Shown: positions 1-13,062, counted from the first letter of the stretch. The stretch: 64,000 nucleotides of DNA from Sphyrna mokarran (GCA_024679065.1 JAGIQG010000029.1:22506001-22570000); one strand, 5' to 3'. Notes: generated from the letters alone by a model not told the origin. Made by a program: numbers and translations.

Positions 1-79
1 AATCCAAAAACTCAGCAATTTTCTGGGGATCCAGGTTCAACTCCCACCACGACAGATGGTACACTCCAGTGGAATAATT

Positions 80-253
80 GCAACTGCAGGAGGAAGTGTA
101 AACAAAGTTGGGAGGTTGGTTTGCATAATGGGTTGGGCTATATTCACGACCTTTTGTAGGTTCCTTGCTGTTTTGGCCAGAGCAGGAGCCATACCAAGCT
201 GTGATATAACCAGAAAAAATGCTTTCTATGGTGCATCTATGAAAGTTGGTGAG
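80..253 (-). mobile_element. Rex1/Babar-clade LINE ORF 3' fragment
   Basis: Reverse complement of the segment seen at 6100-6300 and 26200-26370 (CACCAACTTT..AGATGCACCATAGAAAGCAT..GCTTGGTATGGCTCCTGCTCTG). Confidence 0.75.
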
Positions 254-513
254 ATGTGTTCAAATCTTCACCATGGTAAATTATAAGGTTGAATTCAGAT
301 TCTGTTTGAACCACAGAAACAATAAGCAAAAGTAACTATATGAATCTTTTCGAATGTTGAAGGAATCTGCTCCAATATTTCCCAGTTTCTACTCAACCAG
401 TTTACTTCAGAGAAGAAAATTTGCAATCTTTACTTGGTCTGACATATATGTGACCTTTACCTGCTTTTCTGAAGTGGCCGTGAGGATGGGCTTTGCCACA
501 ATACCAGCATCTT

Positions 514-815
514 GAGTACGATAGCATAGTGATTAGCACTGCTGCCTCACAGCACCAGGGACCTGGGTTCGATTCCCGGCTTGGGTTACTGTCTGTGCGG
601 AGTCTGCATATTCTCCCCGAGTCTGCATGGGTTTTTTCTGTGTGCTCTGATTTCCTCCCACAGTCCAAAAGTTGTGCTGGTTAGCTGCATTGGCCATGAT
701 AAATTCTCTCTCAGTGTACCCAAACAAATGCCAGAGTATGGCGGCGAAGGGGTTTTCACAATAACTTCATTGCAGTTTTCATGTTAGCCTACTTGTGACT
801 AACATATACACTTTA
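514..815 (+). mobile_element. HE1-like tRNA-derived V-SINE, tail class B
   Basis: A-box/B-box head (TTAGCACTGCTGCCTCACAG..GGTTCGATTCC), V-domain, tail TTTTCACAATAACTTCATTGCAG..GCCTACTTGTGAC. Confidence 0.9.
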
Positions 816-1385
816 CGGAAAAAATAAAACATCATGGAGCCTTGAAATTGTAGAATGTTAGAACGTCAGGGTTAATAGCCGAGTTGGAGCAGTTTCAATG
901 ATTATGCAGAATAGTGAGCCTGGGTCATGGGCTCAAAAATGGTTTGGAAACTAGGACATGCTGAAGGTTCCACGATATTTAGCATTCCCCTCAAAGTGGT
1001 GAACAGAGCAGTCATTGTACATTTCGCTTTATGTGAGACACAGTAAAAATAATGAACATGCTCCATGTACAAAAATAAACAAGACTCTCCTGTGTGTTTG
1101 GCAAAGTGTTTTAGAAGGAGCTTCACTCCTCAACTTGATTCTCTCTTTGAAAGTAACTAGAGCATGAGTGCGTGTGCAGGAACGATTCTGCCTGGAGGCA
1201 ACAATTTATTTCTTCTCTCCTCATGCTCTGGATGACTGTTTCACAGCAGAATACATTTTAAGTTGCATTTTTAAAATGCTTCCATGACGGATTCTTTTGT
1301 AACATTATTTCAAGGAAAGTTCGAAAGAATTTTGCAGCTGAACAGTAACTGAGGGGAGTGACATATAACTTTACCGTTAAACTTT

Positions 1386-2100
1386 CATAGAATCCCTATA
1401 GTGTAGAAAGAGGAATGGGAGTGGCCACAATTGACACAATATCCACGGATGCAAACTTAAAATTTCCAACAGTGAAAGCATTTTGTCTACTTTGGCCAAA
1501 CTTCACGCCATAGTAATGTTGTAGTGTTGGTTCATCAAGTTGCACCGACAACAATCCCACCCAGACCCAATCCTGTAACCTCCACTAATCTCCCTGACAC
1601 TAAGGTGCAATTTGGTATGGCCAATCTACCTAAACTACACATAAAATTATCATAGAATTCCTACAATGCAGAAGGAAGCCATTCAGCCCATTGAGCATGC
1701 ACCTACAACAATCCCACTCAGGCCCTATCCCCGTAATCCCACATATTTACCCTGCTAATCCATACTTTTTGGGACACTAAGGGGCAATTCAGCATGGCCA
1801 ATCAACCATCTTTGGGCTGTGGGAGGAAAGCGACGCATCCGGAGAAAACCCATGCAGACATGGGGAGAAAGTGCAAACACCACACAGACAGTCACCCAAG
1901 GCCAGAATTGAAACAGGAAACTAGTGCTGTGAGGCAGAAGTGCTAACCACTGTGCCATCATGCTACCCACCTTTGGTCTGTGTGAAGAGCACACAGGGAG
2001 ACATGCAAACTCCACACAGACAGTGACCCAAAAATGGATTTGAATCTGGGTCCCTGGTGCTGTGAGGCAGTAATGCTAACCATTGTGCCACTATGCTACT
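1386..2100 (-). mobile_element. Nested HE1-like V-SINEs (tail class A): full copy 1651-1968 inside an older, split copy
   Basis: The outer copy breaks at ...ACTACACAT (~1642) and resumes at CTTTGGTCTGTG (~1971). The inner copy is complete from CATAGAATT tail to head. Confidence 0.8.
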
Positions 2101-2661
2101 TATGGCAGTGCTAAGGACTGTAGCTTCATGTAAGGAGTTGCAGAGTGGAATGGTAAATAGAACAGTAAAGAAACAACTCAACCCTAATGTATTTTTATGT
2201 GGAGTTGTATCTTGGCAGCATGTTGTCATCAATTACTTTTAAACTGAAATTTTCTGAAAGGCACACGACAAAAGAAGAATAGAACAAATAACATTGTGCA
2301 CAAGACCAAGCTCAAGTGCAAGATTTTTCCAGAAATCAGCAAAGGTCAATAGCAGGCAGGAAAAGTGCCCCTGAAGCTGCCGATAGCAATGGCAAATCTC
2401 CAAGCATTATAGTGCAACATTCTGTAAAAAAAAACATTGCCAAGCATTGGGTCCCACAATGCACTCCCAAGCCCTGCCCAGGCACCCTCTTGATATGTCT
2501 CTAGAATACACAGTGCAAAAAGAATTCTGAATAGAATTACACTTAGTAAAAACTGTCCACTTCTGAGCAATGAAAATTCTTAAAAGTGCATATTTTTGTC
2601 TCTATTTATTTTAGAATAACCACAACTAACATGATTAATAGGTATACCACCTCCTAAGATA

Positions 2662-2935
2662 GGTGGCACTGTGGCACAGTGGTTAACACTGCACCAAGAA
2701 CCTGGGTTCAATTCCGGCCTCATCAACTGTCCATCTGGAATTTTCACATTTTCCCCATATCTGTGTGGGTTTCCTCCGGATGCTCCGCTTTCCTCCACAC
2801 TCCAAAAATGTGCAGATTAGATGGATTGGCCATGGTAAATTGCCCCTCAGTGTCAGCTGGGTAAATACGTAGGGTTACAGGGATAGGATCTGGGTGGGAT
2901 TGTTGTTGGTGCAGGTTGAAGGGCTGAATAGATGC
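2662..2935 (+). mobile_element. HE1-like V-SINE, tail class A
   Basis: GGTGGCACTGTGGCACAGTGGTTAACACTG head, V-domain, GGGTGGGATTGTTGTTGGTGCAG tail. Confidence 0.85.
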
Positions 2936-3039
2936 TCATTCCAGAGGGTGGAGTCCTCTCTTAGCAGGAGACATGTAGAGGAGGCATGTGGCTTCAGTAC
3001 AGTTCTTTTTATTCATAAATCCTTTTATGTTTCTGTGAA

Positions 3040-4525
3040 AGTGCATCACTACATTATTGTGTCCAATTCTGGGCACCAAACTTTAGGAAGCATGTGAAGG
3101 CCTTAGAGAGGGTGCAGAAAAGAATTATGAGAACACTTCCAAGAATAAGGGTGCTCAGTTACCTAGATAGATTGAAGGAGTTAGTGTGTTGTACTGCAGA
3201 GTGGAAAAGATTGAGCCATTGTGTTCAAAAACATTAGGGCAAAAGAGTCAATAGAGAAAGACTGTTCCCATTGATGGAATGTTAAAGAATCATTGGACAC
3301 CGATTTTAAGTAGTGACGAAAGGACCCTTTTACATTGTAAAGGGTGAGGACCTGGTATGCATCAACAAGAAGTATGGTGGAGGTAGATGAAATTGTAGCC
3401 CCCAAAAGGGAATTGGATAAGTATCTGAAAAAGAAATAAAGGGGATGATTCTCCCTCAAGTGCGGATTTGGTAGGGAAACTGTTCTAAATCACAACTGTT
3501 TTTTTCAGTTCAGCTTCTCACTTGGATCTCCCCATTCTGTGCACTGCAGCGGTCCCAGTAATAAATCTGCGACCCGAAGCAAGACACACAGACCCCCCTC
3601 CCCCAGCAATGGCGATCTCCTATCCCCCTCACCCCGGCAGATACCACCTCTCACTGATGACTTGACCACACCCCCCTACCCCACCTGGCTCAGATCTCCC
3701 CTCCCCAACATTCCCCTATCCACTTCCCCCATGGAGGCAGACCCCCCCCCCCCCCCCCCCCCCCCCACCGTTGGAGACCAACCCTCCCCCAGCCCACCCC
3801 AATGGCTGCCTTCCCTCCATTCCAGACTAGCCCTGTCTGCAGAGTGGCAGTAGAACCCCCTCTCCCACCGATCGCCCAAAGGCCCAATCCACAACAGGCC
3901 CTGACCCCTTGGTACTGCCTGATGCCCCCTGAGCAGTACCAAGGTGTCCCCTGGACATGGGCACTTTGCCCCTTGGTCAGTGCCAGGGAGCACAAGCTGG
4001 AACTGCCAGGGCGTCCAAAACCAGGAGCCATCCCCCACTGCCTGAACCCTCACGGGGGGTGGGGGGGGGGGGGGGGGCGATTGCCTCCTCTTCATCCCAT
4101 TGGGGTGTTCTGCTCATTCCCTGAATATGGAGAACTAGTCTGAACCCCGCCAGAATGAAGTATTCCTGGTAGGGTGGGAGATTGAATCAGGACCTGAAAA
4201 ATCCCGGTAGTTAACAAATATACATATTTAAAACATATTTAAAAAATTTAAATTACTTACTTGCCTTCCCACCAGTTTCCAGTGTGGTCTGACTGGCGAC
4301 TATTCACCGGCTCAGGAAGCTGTGCATGTGTTCCTGGCGCATACTCAAATCCCTGTTCAAAGCCGGAGATACGCATCTCCTACTGCAACCCAACAGAAAA
4401 GTTGTGGATTGAGATGGGACAATCGTGGCAAAAATTGCGGGAAAAGACTGCTATTGCAAAGAGCTGGCACAGATTCTTTGGGCCAAATGGCCTCCTTCTG
4501 AGCTGTCACTATTCTCTGACTCTAG
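3040..4525 (+). mobile_element. Decayed CR1/HER1 LINE 3' end, split by an insertion at ~3441-4428
   Basis: GTCCAATTCTGGGCACCA..GAGAGGGTGCAGAAAAGA..GGATAAGTATCTG before the break. It resumes with GGGCCAAATGGCCTCCTTCTG..ATTCTCTGACTCT. Confidence 0.75.
3441..4428. mobile_element. Non-autonomous DNA transposon (MITE-like) with C-rich/G-rich interior
   Basis: Left end GGGGATGATTCTCCC with degenerate inverted right end GGGACAATCGTGGC. It interrupts a CR1 tail and contains C25 (3742-3766) and G6TG17 (4054-4077). Confidence 0.6.
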
Positions 4526-5140
4526 AATTCTAATAAATGAATACATAAAAAGATTTTATTGGTTCCTGGAAAATTATTATTGTGCTCACCCAACCGAACT
4601 TTCATTATAAAATAATGACCTCAGCAATCCTGAAAGAAATATTTATGGATATTGAGCCCTCTTATAATCAGTCATTTGTCTTGAGAGGGCGTCACGCTCC
4701 AGAACTAAATTCAGTTTCAAACTCTACAAGCATGAAGAATTACCGTCAGATAAATGAGCTAGCTGTAAAACAATGAGCATCCTTTTATGCTCCAGTACAG
4801 GTTCTGATCTCAAAGCAGAACCTTTAAAAGCATACATTGATTTATCTTTTGTGGAAGTGGAACATATCACGGCATCCATTCAGGTGACACTTCCAATCAA
4901 TCTTGTGCAGAACAGTTTTTGAAAGCTGTAAACAATTCTCTTTTTCAACCTTGAACACTCTAGGAGAAAAGTCGGGGGCTCTTTTTCAGCTGAACCGTCC
5001 TTATACCACACAGTCACTTTCCTTGCTTGATCCAGGTGCATCTCATCCTTTTTAAGTTTATTTATCATTGTCTCAAGTCCCACACTGTTGTGCTACAATA
5101 AGAACGTAAATCAAGGTTGTTCACCACGTGAAATATTACA

Positions 5141-5349
5141 TTTAAGTTTATTTATTAGTGTCTCAAGTAGGCTTACTTTAACACTGCAATGAAATTACTG
5201 TGTAAATCCCCCATTCGCCACACTCAGGTGCCTGTTCAGGTATATACCAAGTGAGAATTGAGCATGGCAGTGACCCAAGCTGGGAATCGAGCCCACATCC
5301 CTGGCACTGTGGGGCAACAGTGCTAACCACTATTCCACTGTGCCACCCT
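5141..5349 (-). mobile_element. HE1-like V-SINE, tail class B, internally deleted
   Basis: AAGTTTATTTATTAGTGTCTCAAGTAGGCTTAC tail joined directly to the head region. Confidence 0.85.
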
Positions 5350-5866
5350 GTCTCTGCACTAAGAGACAAGAAAGTTACAGAGCTAATCTTCAACCATCTG
5401 CATCATTGGCATGGCTGGACAATGTTCCAAAGACAAAGAGATGATCATGATGCTGGTATTGACAGAGTCCAGTGACTTATGATGTTATATTTTGCAAAGG
5501 GAATAATTTACTCTTTCAAAATTGTTGATTAAACTCACTGCCTTCCTGAGTTTTGACATTCCATGTTATTTTTGATCTGAATAAAGTATGGGTTTGCTGG
5601 CAATTGACTTCATTGTCACAATGATCTAAATTCAGTGAATATTGAAATTTCAACAATCAGGCAGTGGAGTTTAGGCCCTGCTCGTTACACAATTGGTGAT
5701 GACTGAGAATTTCAAAAGACATGAATGTGAATAGACATGTTTCCATAGTTTTAAACATTTTGTACAATCATTTGCAATTTTTAAGACATTCTGTCTAATC
5801 ATTTCTGATACTTTCATGAACATTTCCTGCTCATTACCTTGGCTGAGTCTATTTTGGTTTCAAATG

Positions 5867-6592
5867 GTTTCTCTCTCTCAATATCATTAAAATGAAAGAG
5901 ATAGTCATTGACTTCAGGAAGCCTACTGGAGGACATGCCTCTGTCTACAGCAATGGGGATGAAGTGGAAAAGGTGGAGAGCTTCAGGTGTCTAGATCATC
6001 AACAACCTATCCTGGTCCCTCCATGCTAATGGTATATATAAAAAAGCCCACCTGCATCTGTACTTTCTCAGGAAGCTAAGGAAATTTGGCACGTCTATTT
6101 CAATTCTCACCAACCTTTAAAGATGCACCAGAGAAAGCATTCTTTCTGTTGGTATCATGGCTTATAGATCCTTGCTCTGCCTAAGACTGCAAGGATCTAC
6201 AAAATGTCATGAATGTAACCTAATCCAACATGCAAACCAGCGTCCTGTCCATTGACTCCATCTACACTTTCCACAGCTTTGGAAAAGCAGCTAGCATAAT
6301 CAAGGACCCCACGCACCAGGAACATTTTCTCTTCCACTTTCTTCTGTAGGGAGTAAGATACAAAAGTCTGAGGACAGTTCCAAGAACAGCTTCTTCCCTG
6401 TTCCTATCAGAGTTTTGAATGGGCCTATCTCAAATTAAGTTGATCTTTCTCTATGCAATAGCTATAACTGTAACACTACATTCTGCACTCTTCCCTTCTT
6501 TATGTATGATAAACTTTGCCTATATATAGTGCTCAAGAAACAATACTTTTCACTGTACATTAATATATGTGACAATAATAAATCAAATCAAA
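5867..6592 (+). mobile_element. Rex1/Babar-clade LINE 3' fragment
   Basis: Decayed frame LSLNIIKMKEIVIDFRK..NGDEVEKVESFR..LYFLRKLRKFG. Ends in TGTGACAATAATAAATCAAATCAAA. Confidence 0.85.
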
Positions 6593-7426
6593 GGATGCTT
6601 AAAGAGTTTGGAGCAATTCTTTGTCCTTTTGAAGGTTTCTTTATTTAAGATTCATCGGTATAATTTTCTCCTATTAAAAATAACATTTTCTCCTATTTTT
6701 AATATGATACTTAAAATGATACTTAAAATATGATATTTAAAATGCACAATGACAATTGATTGGATATTAAATGTTAAACTACTCCATCTTTTCACGTTTG
6801 ATACACGAAGAGATATTCTGATAGAAATACCACATCAATCAAAACAACTCAATGAAATGAACAGAAAGATCATTCTGTCACCTACTGGGCATATATAAAC
6901 ATTGATTTAATCCACATGTGATTCAAATCCATTATATTCAGTTCTATTGAATATCAGTTGCTCCACATTAAACTAAATTGATATTATTCCAGCCTGTGAT
7001 CATCTACATGTTCATTTCAAGGGTATGTCCACAGGAAGATTGATAAGGTTAAGATTTAAAAGTAAGGATCAAATTACTTTTGATTATTGCTGGTTTGTGT
7101 TCTTTAAAGCTGGATACTTCAAAATTGAATCCAACTGAAGATGGTTGGCTACAACACATGAGGTCTGAAAGAACAACTGGCTTCAGCCAACACATTTTCG
7201 CAAGCAGCAGAGATTCCTGTGCTTAACCCACATTCAAAACCAAATATGGCCAGGATGTAACAGACACTTGAACATTTACAACATTTTGCATTATGTTTCC
7301 TAACCCTTTCAAATTTTTGTCATATTTTCCAGGACCGAATAACAACAGAACAAGCCAGCAAAAGAATAATAGCAAAATATCGCAAGAAAGGGAGACCAGC
7401 AAAGAATACGATTCAAATAAGTTTTT

Positions 7427-7543
7427 GTAAGAAGTCTCACAACACCAGGTTAAGTCCAACAGGTTTAACTGTCGGATTTTAACTTGGTGTTGTGAGACTT
7501 CTTATTGTGCTTACCTCAGACCAATGCTGACATTTCCACATCA
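7427..7543. mobile_element. Penelope-like hairpin element, centre deleted
   Basis: TAAGAAGTCTCACAACACCAGGTTAA / TTAACTTGGTGTTGTGAGACTTCTTA inverted arms, same family as 12852-13062. Flanking imperfect direct repeat at 7413-7430 / 7541-7558. Confidence 0.7.
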
Positions 7544-8822
7544 AAGATGTTTTAGTAATCCATGATGTTTAATACATTATATGGTATCTAGTTTCTCCTA
7601 TCCTGGTCATCGTTTTTTTCATTTCTTATCACATGAATTAGAAGTGATATTTTTGGTCAATGCATTTCACTTATGTGCGAGAACAGAAGACTACTGGAGA
7701 CCTTTGCTAATACTAGAAGTATATAAGGTGTGCTAGAGAGTGTGTGAATGATCCAGGAAAAAGTCAATCACAAGATCTGTAATGGAAACAGGCTGTTTCT
7801 AAGGATCACCTTTCGACATTCTAGACAAAGCATACTGCTTGGAAATAATAAGGTTTCTCACAAGAGTAATTCACTGTATCAGGATTGTCAAATACTTCTG
7901 CTGCGCAATGTGCTTTTGGCATCCAGTTGTACGTTGACAGTACCACAGGCAATTATTATTGTGAAACAAGTATTAATATGAACACAATCTGCATCATGCA
8001 TCACTAATTGTACACTCAGAACTAAATTTTACTTTATCAAGTACAATTCTCCTTCTTTGACTGTCATTGGTATTATATGAAAATCTCTATGAATGAAGAC
8101 TGACGAAAGATAAGTGAAGCAGATTAGGAGGGATGGCAGATTGTGGACACTTTAGAACTAATGGATCCACCTGCATTATAAGCTTGGAGAGCGAATTATG
8201 TATTTGATTTTCTTAACTGAGCTCTCTGATTTTGGTGATAGGAAGGAGTCCTCCTCTGAAGGTCTATTTCAAATCTCTGTGTAAAAGGATGGCAGAATTA
8301 TTTGACACACGGCAGATTTCCATTCATCACGAGGCTCAAAATAAGTTTTGATTGTAGTTCCATAAATGTACTGGACTTGCCTGCAGACTTTACATGTTCT
8401 GTTACACTAAGGCATTCACTCAAGGTTGTGAAGCCAGTATCTTAGAAAATGTGGATTGTGAGATGTGTATTAAGAATTAAAAGTTAGAGGGTATAGGATA
8501 GAATGGTGTGTCAGCCTGGAAAAAGCTGGGATGAAATAAAAAAAAGAGTACTTGGAATTTAGAACAGATTCCCATGAAGCTGAATGACCAGAATATCACT
8601 TGCTGTAGGAGACATCTTGAGCAATATGTGAATGGCATAATCTATAAACCAATGAGTATCTTTCTTGCCCTTGGTAAATTTCAATCTGTTTTAGTGGTAT
8701 TAATTCAGGAACAAATATTGAGAAGGACACTGCAGAAATTCCTTTAGATGATGCTCTATAATTTTTTATGTCAGACACTTTGCTGGTCTGGAAATTTCTG
8801 CATTGATAATATTAACAACATT

Positions 8823-9123
8823 CATAGAATCCCTATGTTGCAGGGAAGACCATATGCCCACTGAGTCCCATTCAATCCCATTCAGGCTCTATCCCCATGT
8901 ATTTACCCTGTTTACCTCCTTGATATAGTAAGGGCCAATTTAGCATGGCCAATTAACCTGACACATCTTTGGAGTGTGAGAAGAGGTGCACCTGGAGGAA
9001 ACCCATGCAGACACAGGGAGAATGTACAAACTCCACACAAGCAGTGACACGAGGTCGGGAATCGAACCCGGGTCTCTGATGCTGTGAGGCAGCAGTGCTA
9101 ACTACTGTGCCACTGTGCTGCCC
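8823..9123 (-). mobile_element. HE1-like V-SINE, tail class A
   Basis: Full copy, from CATAGAATCCC tail to GTGCTGCCC head. Confidence 0.9.
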
Positions 9124-9219
9124 AAACACCACCTAAAAAATGGCTGCATTTAAATTGTGTCCCCTGTGGCCATTCGACACACCCTAGTCATCCTTGAAAC
9201 TGTGTCATGGGGTCAACCA

Positions 9220-9360
9220 CATCCACCTGAGGCTAGATGAAACCTTGGTTTAACTTCTCATCTGACAGAAAGCACTTCTGACTAGACAATTCCCCAACTT
9301 TCCATCCTCTGCTGTGAAGCATCAGAGATTCCACTTGAACATAATCCTGAAAGAAGTGAC
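9220..9360 (-). mobile_element. Old Deu-domain SINE remnant (SacSINE1/AmnSINE-like)
   Basis: CATCCACCTGAG..CCTTGGTTTAACTTCTCATCTGA resembles the reverse complement of the GATGAGACGTTAAACCGAGG..CAGGTGGATG motif. Confidence 0.5.
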
Positions 9361-9745
9361 ACTTAAAATGCTCTTTTATCCAACAGCACTTCCAATAATA
9401 AATACTAAAGTTAATGCTTTGACATAGGTCATCTGTGTTTGAAATGTCAGCTCTTTTCTCTTCTGCCGGACCTGCTGAGATTTTCCAGTGTTTTCTCTTT
9501 TGGTAAAAGTTAATGTCATGTTTTCAGCCAGAAATTTAAAACTAAAATCTGCTGGAAAATTGATGAAAATATGGTGCCTACGCATAGCAGTGAATCAGAA
9601 ATATCACGCTTGATGGAAAGCTCCTGTAACTGAATTATCAGTGAACGAGCCATATATGTAAACTTAGTTTTAAGAAAAGAAAAATCTTGGCGCAAAGACT
9701 TGAAAAACGTCACCTCACCCTGGCTTTAAAATTACAAACAGCCTT

Positions 9746-10058
9746 GGTAACATGATGGCACAATGGCTAGTACTGCTGCCTCACAGCAGCAAGGATCCTG
9801 GTTCAATTTTGGTCTGTGTGAAGTCAGCACATTTTCCCTTCTGTCCGTGTGGTTTTCCTCCGGGTGTTCTGATTTCCTCCCACAGTCCATACATACATGT
9901 ACAGGTTAGGTGGACTGGCCATGCTAAATTGCTCATTAGTGTCACAGGGATTAGCAGGGTAAATGCATGGGAGTATGGGGAGGGGGCCTGGGTGGGATTG
10001 TGGTAGGTGCCGACTCAATGGGCCAAATGACCTCCTTTGCACTGCAAGGATTCAATGC
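9746..10058 (+). mobile_element. HE1-like V-SINE, tail class A
   Basis: Full copy ending GGGCCAAATGACCTCCTTTGCACTGCAAGGATTC. Confidence 0.9.
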
Positions 10059-10475
10059 TTCTTATAGTCATAAGGTTGCCTTCACGTTTTATGACACCTT
10101 AGAATTCTTTATATATGAATATATATAACCTTAGAATAATAATGTCACAAAATATCTAACATATATATAATCCCATCACTCCCTCAATGCCGTTCATTAA
10201 TAGTTAAATGGCAGCTTGCAATGCTGTGAGCTCAGCGAATCCATGATCATTGTTAATTATAAAAAAAAGAAAAAAGCCATGAAAATCTGGCTGCTCAATA
10301 TTTTTGGTGAGTGAAACAGCAGAGCAAACAATCTCAGGAAAGTTACAGCGTAGTTAACGTTGCACTATAGGCCATAGTATCCTGGGGCTACGCATAATGA
10401 AACAATGTCGATGCAAGATGAAAATGGTGTAACTCTATCACAAATCCTGGGCCAGCATCACATCTGTAAAATTGT

Positions 10476-10605
10476 GGCCAGAATTTTCCGGTTGCGCGCA
10501 AGTTACCAGCACGAACGGAGAATTTTAACATACACCCAAATTTTCATTTGTTGCAGTGGAACTGGAGAATTCAGGTTCGCAGGCCATGTTGGGGAATTCC
10601 GGTCC
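10476..10605. mobile_element. Short PIF/Harbinger-type MITE (~130 bp)
   Basis: GGCCAGAATTTTCC..GGGGAATTCCGGTCC inverted ends. Same family as 19755, 30979 and 34644. Confidence 0.6.
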
Positions 10606-10764
10606 ATAGCTTCAGCAAAGCAGATCTGTCGCTGGACTGCACAGAGCTGTCAGTTTGGAGTGAGCTAAAATCTTACGATGCCCACTATTTTCTGACTTAG
10701 AAGTGGGAAAGCTACCTCTGAATAAAAGCTGCTTCATCTAACAGGTAAATGATGGTTTGATTTA

Positions 10765-11032
10765 TCAGAGAATCTCTACAGTGCAGAAAGAGGCCATTTG
10801 GCCTCCAACCAAGAGGCTATCCAACCCATCCAACCCACACATCTTGGACACTAAAGAGCAATTTATCATGGTCAATCCAACTAACATGCACTTCTTTGGA
10901 CTCTGGGAGGAAACCAGAATAGCAGAAGGATATCCATCCAGATACGGGAAGAATGTGCAAACTCCACTCTGACAGTCGCCCAAAGCTGGAATTGAACCTG
11001 GGACTCTGGGGTCCCATACTAACTGTCATGTT
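10765..11032 (-). mobile_element. HE1-like V-SINE, tail class A (decayed)
   Basis: Tail, V-domain and B-box recognisable. Confidence 0.8.
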
Positions 11033-11118
11033 GCATGTATGAATACAGATTAATACATAAAACTTCCTTTTCATATTCCATAATCTCAAACATGCATATT
11101 ATTGATTAAAGAACATTT

Positions 11119-11425
11119 TAAAGTTAAAATTTATTTATTCATTACAAGTAGGCTTACAGTAACACTGCAATGAAGTTACTATGAAAATCCCCTAACCATC
11201 ACACTCCGGTGTCTATTTGGGTACACTGAGGAAGAATTTAACGTGGCCAATCGGCCTAACCAGCACATTTTTCATATTATGGGAGGAAACCAGAGCACCC
11301 AGAGGAAACACATGCAGACACAAGGGAGGACTCTGTATGGAGAGTGACTCAAACCAGGAATTAAACCTGGATCCCTGACTGCTATGAGACAGCAGTGCTG
11401 ACCACTGTGCCATCATGTTGTTCCC
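11119..11425 (-). mobile_element. HE1-like V-SINE, tail class B
   Basis: CAAGTAGGCTTACAGTAACACTGCAATGAAGTTAC tail through to head. Confidence 0.9.
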
Positions 11426-12409
11426 CTAAGAATGAATCAAGATAAACACATCTCCTGCAATTTTATCAGGTAAAAATCATTTGTCCCATTTAAAGGAGAC
11501 AATGGAATTTCAGGCACTTCTGTGTCAATGACAAACATCTGTGAATGGTAGCCAGGAGGCCATAGCAGTGAGAAATATCTGAATGTTTGGATTATATTCT
11601 GCACAGATTTCGTAGCAACTAATTATAAAATAGAGTGCCTGTAGACGATACTAGAATTTATTATGTTATTCTTTTTCGAATACAGTAGGTAGTATTCTTC
11701 TGTTAAACATTACAGACTAAATATGAGAGTATAATTCAGTTCTTTACAGACTGCTGTTAATGTGTGAGGAATGTTGAATATTTACAAACATAACCTGATA
11801 AATCAAAAAGATTTTGGCATGCTTGTGCTTACAGTTCAAGCAAATTAGGAACAAGATTTATGTTAATAGGCTTTAGATTTTCCAGCTCTGACACATGGAG
11901 GTTTGCTCAGTAAAGTTTGACAACACCGATTTTAAATCCAACTGATTTATTTGATAGTAAATCCAGCATCTCTACAACATGGAGGTTTGAACAGGCCTTT
12001 CAAGCTGCATCCCTCATTCTCCTCTCCTGACCAAAACAAATCCCCTCCTGCAAAGAACTGAATATATAGGGAAGGGTTTATGGCTTCTCTTATGGTGTGT
12101 TTGGAGGCAAGGGGGATATTTAATTCAGGCAGGATGTTGGTGTACAAAACTTCGTCTTCCCACTTCCATCAAAATTAATTCCTATTCCACCCCCAACAGT
12201 GAGCAATTAATGATAGCTCAAATGTCTCATGCTTGATATTAACCCAGCTGTGGATGGGCCTGTCCAACAGCAGCATACGCAGTGAAAGCTAACTGTCTAC
12301 TTCCCTTGCCACACACAAGATGGCAGAGAAGCCAGGATGATCAAGGCCCTTAATTGCCATTAATTGGTCACTTGCAGGTTTCAATAGGCCTAAGGGCAGC
12401 TGAGATGCC

Positions 12410-12482
12410 TGAGGATTTTCACAGTAACTTCATTGCAGTGTTAATGTAACCCTGCTTATAACGCTAATAATTAAACTTAAAT
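12410..12482 (+). mobile_element. Isolated 5'-truncated class-B SINE tail
   Basis: GGATTTTCACAGTAACTTCATTGCAGTGTTAATGTAA..TAAACTT with no head. A similar orphan tail lies at 19415-19495. Confidence 0.75.
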
Positions 12483-12851
12483 TTTTCCATTCATGAGAAT
12501 ACCGGAGACAAGTGGGGGGTGGGCAGGAAGGGCCAAATATCCTCAAATGTGCCAGAGGAGGAGGGAGGAGTGCTCCATAAAATCTATCCATGATTCATTT
12601 CTTAAGCTTACATCACCATGGAGCTGCACAAAAGTGCAGCCGCCATTTTGGTTTCTCATTTTCAAAATGGTGGTCTTGGTATGTTGGGAAACGAACAGAC
12701 CAATAAAACCAAATAGAAGGGAACCGGGTAAATAAAACTAAACATTATAAAAATATCAAAAAGCCTGAACTTGAAACAAGAAATACTGAAAACATTCAGC
12801 AGGTTAGGTAATATCTGAGAAGACTGAATGGTCCAAATGATGTTTTAAGTA

Positions 12852-13062
12852 GAGTAAGTAGTCTCACAACACCAGGTTAAAGTCCAATAGATTTATTTGC
12901 TAACAAGAGCTTTTGGAGTGTTGCTTCTTCATCAGGTGAAAAAGGAGTAACCTGATGAAGGAGCAATGCTCTGAAAGCCAAATAAACCTGTTAGATTTAA
13001 CCTGGTGTTATGAGACTACTTGCTGTGCCTACTCCAGTTCAACACCAGCAACTCTACATGAT
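12852..13062. mobile_element. Penelope-like inverted-repeat element with two decayed hammerhead ribozyme cores
   Basis: ~85-bp inverted arms. CTGATGA..GAAA core on each strand. Flanking direct repeat ATGATGTTTTAAGTAG / ATGATATTTTAAGTGG. Confidence 0.75.

Noticed and set aside
514-600. tRNA genes at SINE heads
   Set aside because: The A/B boxes run directly into V-SINE bodies, so these are SINE heads.
3539-4143. Pro/Gly-rich ORFs
   Set aside because: Produced by C/G homopolymers inside a non-autonomous element.
4780-5083. Possible Tx1/L1 C-terminal remnant
   Set aside because: Only a vague LLEC..SVT similarity, too decayed to support.
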